35,482 bases of DNA from Sphaeroforma arctica JP610 (taxonomy: Eukaryota): assembly GCF_001186125.1 (NCBI RefSeq), contig NW_014039735.1, positions 1 through 35,482 on the forward strand, read 5' to 3'. Under the pieces are notes generated by a model. The model saw only the letters and a list, made by a program, of their open reading frames with translations. It did no database searches and had not been told where the DNA came from. The position numbers and the translations under genes are program-made. Below are positions 24,067 through 35,482 of this stretch, one piece after another (within the stretch, counting starts at the first letter, position 1; each line of letters opens with the position of its first letter).

Positions 24067-24952
24067 NNNNNNNNNNNNNNNNNNNNNNNNNNNNNNNNNN
24101 NNNNNNNNNNNNNNNNNNNNNNNNNNNNNNNNNNNNNNNNNNNNNNNNNNNNNNNNNNNNNNNNNNNNNNNNNNNNNNNNNNNNNNNNNNNNNNNNNNNN
24201 NNNNNNNNNNNNNNNNNNNNNNNNNNNNNNNNNNNNNNNNNNNNNNNNNNNNNNNNNNNNNNNNNNNNNNNNNNNNNNNNNNNNNNNNNNNNNNNNNNNN
24301 NNNNNNNNNNNNNNNNNNNNNNNNNNNNNNNNNNNNNNNNNNNNNNNNNNNNNNNNNNNNNNNNNNNNNNNNNNNNNNNNNNNNNNNNNNNNNNNNNNNN
24401 NNNNNNNNNNNNNNNNNNNNNNNNNNNNNNNNNNNNNNNNNNNNNNNNNNNNNNNNNNNNNNNNNNNNNNNNNNNNNNNNNNNNNNNNNNNNNNNNNNNN
24501 NNNNNNNNNNNNNNNNNNNNNNNNNNNNNNNNNNNNNNNNNNNNNNNNNNNNNNNNNNNNNNNNNNNNNNNNNNNNNNNNNNNNNNNNNNNNNNNNNNNN
24601 NNNNNNNNNNNNNNNNNNNNNNNNNNNNNNNNNNNNNNNNNNNNNNNNNNNNNNNNNNNNNNNNNNNNNNNNNNNNNNNNNNNNNNNNNNNNNNNNNNNN
24701 NNNNNNNNNNNNNNNNNNNNNNNNNNNNNNNNNNNNNNNNNNNNNNNNNNNNNNNNNNNNNNNNNNNNNNNNNNNNNNNNNNNNNNNNNNNNNNNNNNNN
24801 NNNNNNNNNNNNNNNNNNNNNNNNNNNNNNNNNNNNNNNNNNNNNNNNNNNNNNNNNNNNNNNNNNNNNNNNNNNNNNNNNNNNNNNNNNNNNNNNNNNN
24901 NNNNNNNNNNNNNNNNNNNNNNNNNNNNNNNNNNNNNNNNNNNNNNNNNNNN
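24067..24952. other. Assembly gap flanked by (TA)n/(TG)n microsatellites
   Basis: Run of N. Confidence 1.
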
Positions 24953-25436
24953 GTGTGTGTGTGTGTATATGCATATATGTATATATGTTTATATATAAAA
25001 ATGAAATACACATACTTATCACAGACAGGGTTTTGGTGTTCTCTAGATAGTCGAAAAGGCTAGCAAAAATTGAGCCTAAATGTTGCTATTAAGGTACAAA
25101 TCATAGTTGAACTAATGTGATCATCTTTCAAGTTCCGTCGAAAGAAGTCATTTATCAACTGGTTCCTATAAAAGGTGAGCACTAGAGAATAATAGGGGCG
25201 TACGTTTATTATAATTTCTATTCGCGAATATTCCTCTGCATCAATTCTCAACAAAAGATGCACTCGATGGTATTGTGTCAAGTCGGTACCGTGTGACGGC
25301 GCTTGTTTTCTGTGGATTAGCTCAATTTTCAAACCTCGCGCACATAGCCATCAAGAGATAATTTGATTTAATGTAACCATCTATAAACTAAATCGGGTAC
25401 GACGTCCTACTCGCAGCACTAGTGTACTCAGCGTCC

Positions 25437-25479
25437 GACACGTGACACGTGACACGTGACACCTGGTACCTGACATGTG
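25437..25479. repeat. 7-bp periodic array (GACACGT)n containing five E-box hexamers
   Basis: gacacgt gacacgt gacacgt gacacct ggtacct gacatgt g gives CACGTG three times, CACCTG once and CATGTG once. Confidence 0.8.
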
Positions 25480-27301
25480 ATACCGGCCGGTTAGTGTTGG
25501 ATGTATTGATATGCTACGTACCCATCCGTTTGGTATCTGATCCAAAAGATCATATTTTCAATCTGTGGACAGTAGCGCCAAAGTAACTTCATACATGTGC
25601 ATGCGTTGCCTAAACCCCCCACAGGCAAGGCAACGGCGGCTGAACTAAGGATATGAGGAGGCGCTGGCATATGTCCTGGGTCATATTGTACGCTGAACGC
25701 CCTGGGGTACATCTCGTACCACATGCATCCAAGGATAAAAGCTAATGTTGTATGGTACATTCACAGCTGATATCCAATCTTCCTCGCAACAATCCAGCCC
25801 CCATTCGCAGTTGCACATGAACTCAATACGCTGATTCTGTGCCCTTGGCATGAGCTGTATCGTGCATAGCAGTCTCCTGCGCGCAGCGGTGGTGTATTCT
25901 GTCAAATGTGCATCCACGCACTCAACCACACGCAAATCTCGCTCGCAGTATTCAAGCCTATATATCCAACCTCCACCAATTTATGGCGTCCGGTAGGCTG
26001 CCTCAAGAGTACCTCATATATCGAGATGCAAAATATACGAAGACGTAAAATATACGACCGAGTTGAGCTGGGTTAGGAGCGGAACCTGAACACGCACGTA
26101 GATTAGCGCTCGCATACGCCAGATCAATATACAGCTAGCTAAAGCTAAACTGTAGAGTGCACAATAGCTCAAGAGAGCACGGGGCCACACCGAGATTACA
26201 TCGGAACGATATCCCGCATTGTATATACCCAGCCCACCCCGCCTCGGGGAAATACCAGAATGTCAGTCAGCGGTTGCCGAGACCGGGCGCACTCATATGA
26301 TGCGGAAGTGCCGAGAGAAGTTCGGTCTCTTAATTTACCGTACACCTCAAGTCCTGTCCTGCCACAGGTAGCCTTAATTGGATGAGTGAACGCGGGGCCA
26401 TCTCTTTTCTGCTAGAATAAAAGGGGTACTGTAGGCATTGCAGTTGATGACACCACATGACACGCCCAAGTCACAGGCGGTGACAGGTGGCACGTGTAGA
26501 CTAGTGTGACCATTTTCAGGGTGTGAGAGGTGTATCTCACTTTGTCGTACAGTACCAACATACCCATCGACCAGAGAACAAGCGCTGGGATCAAGCACTT
26601 GGCTTCAGAAGCGTGGAGCGGTGAATAGCTCTAGACTCGCACCATACAAACACGTCCGCTTTGAGCAAACCCGGGCATACAAAGTGTCCACGTATCTGTG
26701 CTTTTCTATGTCGCCCTGCCAATTCTGGGGCGTGCGATACGCCAAAAATCCAAATAATTCTGAAACAATGGAGTTGTAGCAAGTTGTAACTGCGGTACCT
26801 CGCTGATGTCATTCGTTGGGGACCCTGTCACACTTTCTTCTCCACTATGTTTGGTGGGCTACTAAACACACCCAAAGTGTCTGTGAACGGCAGCTAAATC
26901 GTTTTCTATTCGGAGGCTCCGGTGAGGATCTGTCGGGCGAGCTCCCCAGCAGAGTCTGTATCTTTTTTTTTAAACTAACTAAGCTGTGCTTGGCCTACAG
27001 GCGTTGAGCACACATGCACTTGCTACCCACGCGCTAAGGTCTCCATCTACCTGTGCGTATGTGTGCGTCTCTATTCTGCGCCTACGCTAACAAGTGCAGC
27101 CGAATTTGACACATATCGAATCTACCCCGTACTGGCCAGGCAGGTAAGCCAGAGTCTATACCTTTTTTTAAAGCTACGAAGCTATAAATAGATCTCGCTC
27201 TGCGCTCAGCAATGTGGAAAGCTCGGTTGCGTGGATGTGCCACCCGTTCCTTCTGAATTAGGAGTCTCTGAGCTGATTTCCATTCAGTGGTCTAATTTTA
27301 G

Positions 27302-33727
<6,426 letters not shown>

Positions 33728-33997
33728 TGCACTCTAATGATATTCACTATTGATACCTACCAATTGATCAATCTGTATCACATACACGTTTTATTGCGGT
33801 GCAATATGAAGTCTTTGAGAAAGTCGTTTCAGTTCAAACATTCGGTTCTGAATTTGCCGTATAATTACCGCGAATTTTAATCAATACGCGGTAAATCAAT
33901 CTGCATCACCTCGTTATATACCGTTCCCTTCAAGAAGCGTTTCAGTTGGAACTTAGAACAGTCGGTTATGTGAACTGTGAACACCACATATATTTAT

Positions 33998-34273
33998 CAC
34001 GATCCCTGATGTTTATATATTACGATCCCTGATGTTTATATACTACGATCCCTGATGTTTATATACTACGATCCCTGATGTTTATACATTACGATCCCTG
34101 ATGTTTATATACTACGATCCCTGACGTTTATATACTACGATCCCTGATGTTTATACATTACGATCCCTGATGTTTATATACTACGATCCCTGATGTTTAT
34201 ATACTACGATCCCTGACGTTTATATACTACGATCCCTGATGTTTATACACTACGATCCCTGATGTTTATATAT
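33998..34273. repeat. 23-bp minisatellite, 12 copies (TACGATCCCTGATGTTTATATAC)
   Basis: Exact 23-nt period from 33998 to 34273 with 0-2 substitutions per unit and no spacers. Confidence 0.98.
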
Positions 34274-34928
34274 TTATATAAATAAAGAAGTCATGGCCTA
34301 TGCATCATCAAATTTTCTGTTCTCCTAAAATTCACATATAAAAAACATATCCACGCTCATGAGATGTAAATACTATACTTGTGTTAGAGGTGTTTGGCCA
34401 TAGCATATGTTATCTCTACTTTGCATTTCTGGCTATCCATGTGTACCCCAGCAACGCCACCTGCAAACCGCTAATTATACTACCGGTAAAGGAGCTGTTT
34501 TAGTGCGGTACATAATATGATGTGCGCAGTTTGTAGGGAAGACCCAACACATAGTATGTATCATTCTATCATACATAGCACTTGTCATCCTAGTTTCTCT
34601 CGCTTCGTACACGACACAATACTCTAGTGCTGATAGCGATTCATTGTACCGCTATCTACTTGAGGGCTGCGTTTGTTTACACTTATTTTAGGACACGCGT
34701 AGTGCTTGATCCAAAATATAAAACAGCTAACGACAGTTATAAATCATTGTGAGTACATATGCCAGGCAGAATAAAGGGCAAGCAATGTACTAACACGGAA
34801 GATACTCGCTACGTCTCTAATAAAGAGGTGAAAACAGTCACTTGCTGATTTGCATTGAAACATGTGTTTCCAGCCTTGCGCCGGAGATAGCGATGTGCCT
34901 GGCGTGCAGCACTTCAGATGGTCACACC

Positions 34929-35024
34929 ATGGCGAGCACAGGTCGAGAAAAAGTGACTCATGAAATCTCCGACAATGCCACCGACGCCAATGATACAGCT
35001 AAGATGAAGGCATCTGAGCGCAGA
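34929..35024 (+). CDS. Possible first exon of a gene divergent from CHK2 (MASTGREKVTHEISDNATDANDTAKMKASERR)
   Basis: Strong Kozak-like CACCATGG, 32 open codons, then a GTATGC donor-like site. Downstream exons could not be linked cleanly and no homology was recognised. Confidence 0.3.
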
Positions 35025-35313
35025 GTATGCGTTCTACACCAGAACCAAATACAGTAGTTTGGAGATGATACATCGTTGATGCGTCGTGCTGAGACACAGA
35101 ATCGAACTGTCGATGCAGTGTACAACGACTGGTATGTATTATTTCATAATATTGTTTGCGCAATCTTCTGGTATTGTTCTTGTAGGTGAATACGGCCCAG
35201 CTTACACAGCGCTAGTATACTGTGTTACAGCTGGACCTATTCTGTGGTTTTGGAATTGGTCGTGGTCCATTGTTCGCGTGTTAAATGCGCCCCAAGCCAT
35301 ATATTTCCGAAGT

Positions 35314-35344
<31 letters not shown>

Positions 35345-35439
35345 CTGGATGTTGTGGAACCCCCAAATATTTGGGTAGTGTGCTTGCTTCGTAATGTTAT
35401 CAAGCTCCCCCCACCTGATGTTTTCTGGCGTCGATTTAC

Positions 35440-35472
<33 letters not shown>

Positions 35473-35482
35473 TTGTGTGTTC

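Noticed and set aside
25491..25760. QTDGYVAY resembling an IS66 transposase motif
   Set aside because: It is an isolated short match in a small ORF with no other transposase features.
33998..34273. CRISPR-like array
   Set aside because: Units are head-to-tail with no unique spacers, there are no cas genes, and the context is eukaryotic.

Overview
Intron-rich eukaryotic nuclear DNA with GT-AG introns, abundant (TA)n/(CA)n microsatellites and six main N gaps; it is not prokaryotic and has no CRISPR array. The gene set fits a holozoan/opisthokont protist such as an ichthyosporean, but that is a guess. From left to right: (1) a decayed Ty3/gypsy-like gag-protease fragment on the minus strand, whose gag stop is an in-frame UGA-CUA readthrough-type junction; (2) a minus-strand gene of about 13 exons (9222->2474), fragmented in the ORF track, with a helical N-terminus and a C-terminus resembling HAM1-like/BPI-TULIP folds, probably using one GC-AG intron; (3) a tRNA-Ser(AGA) with an atypical acceptor end (G1:A72, A73); (4) a complete 13-exon SGK3-like PX-AGC kinase (+, 778 aa) with a long N-terminal extension; (5) a convergent 11-exon CHK2-like TQ-cluster/FHA/kinase gene (-, 548 aa); (6) a 12x23-bp minisatellite upstream of CHK2 and several degenerate local duplications, one of which copies an exon end. 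All exon structures were assembled by hand from splice sites and phase continuity. No database searches were run.
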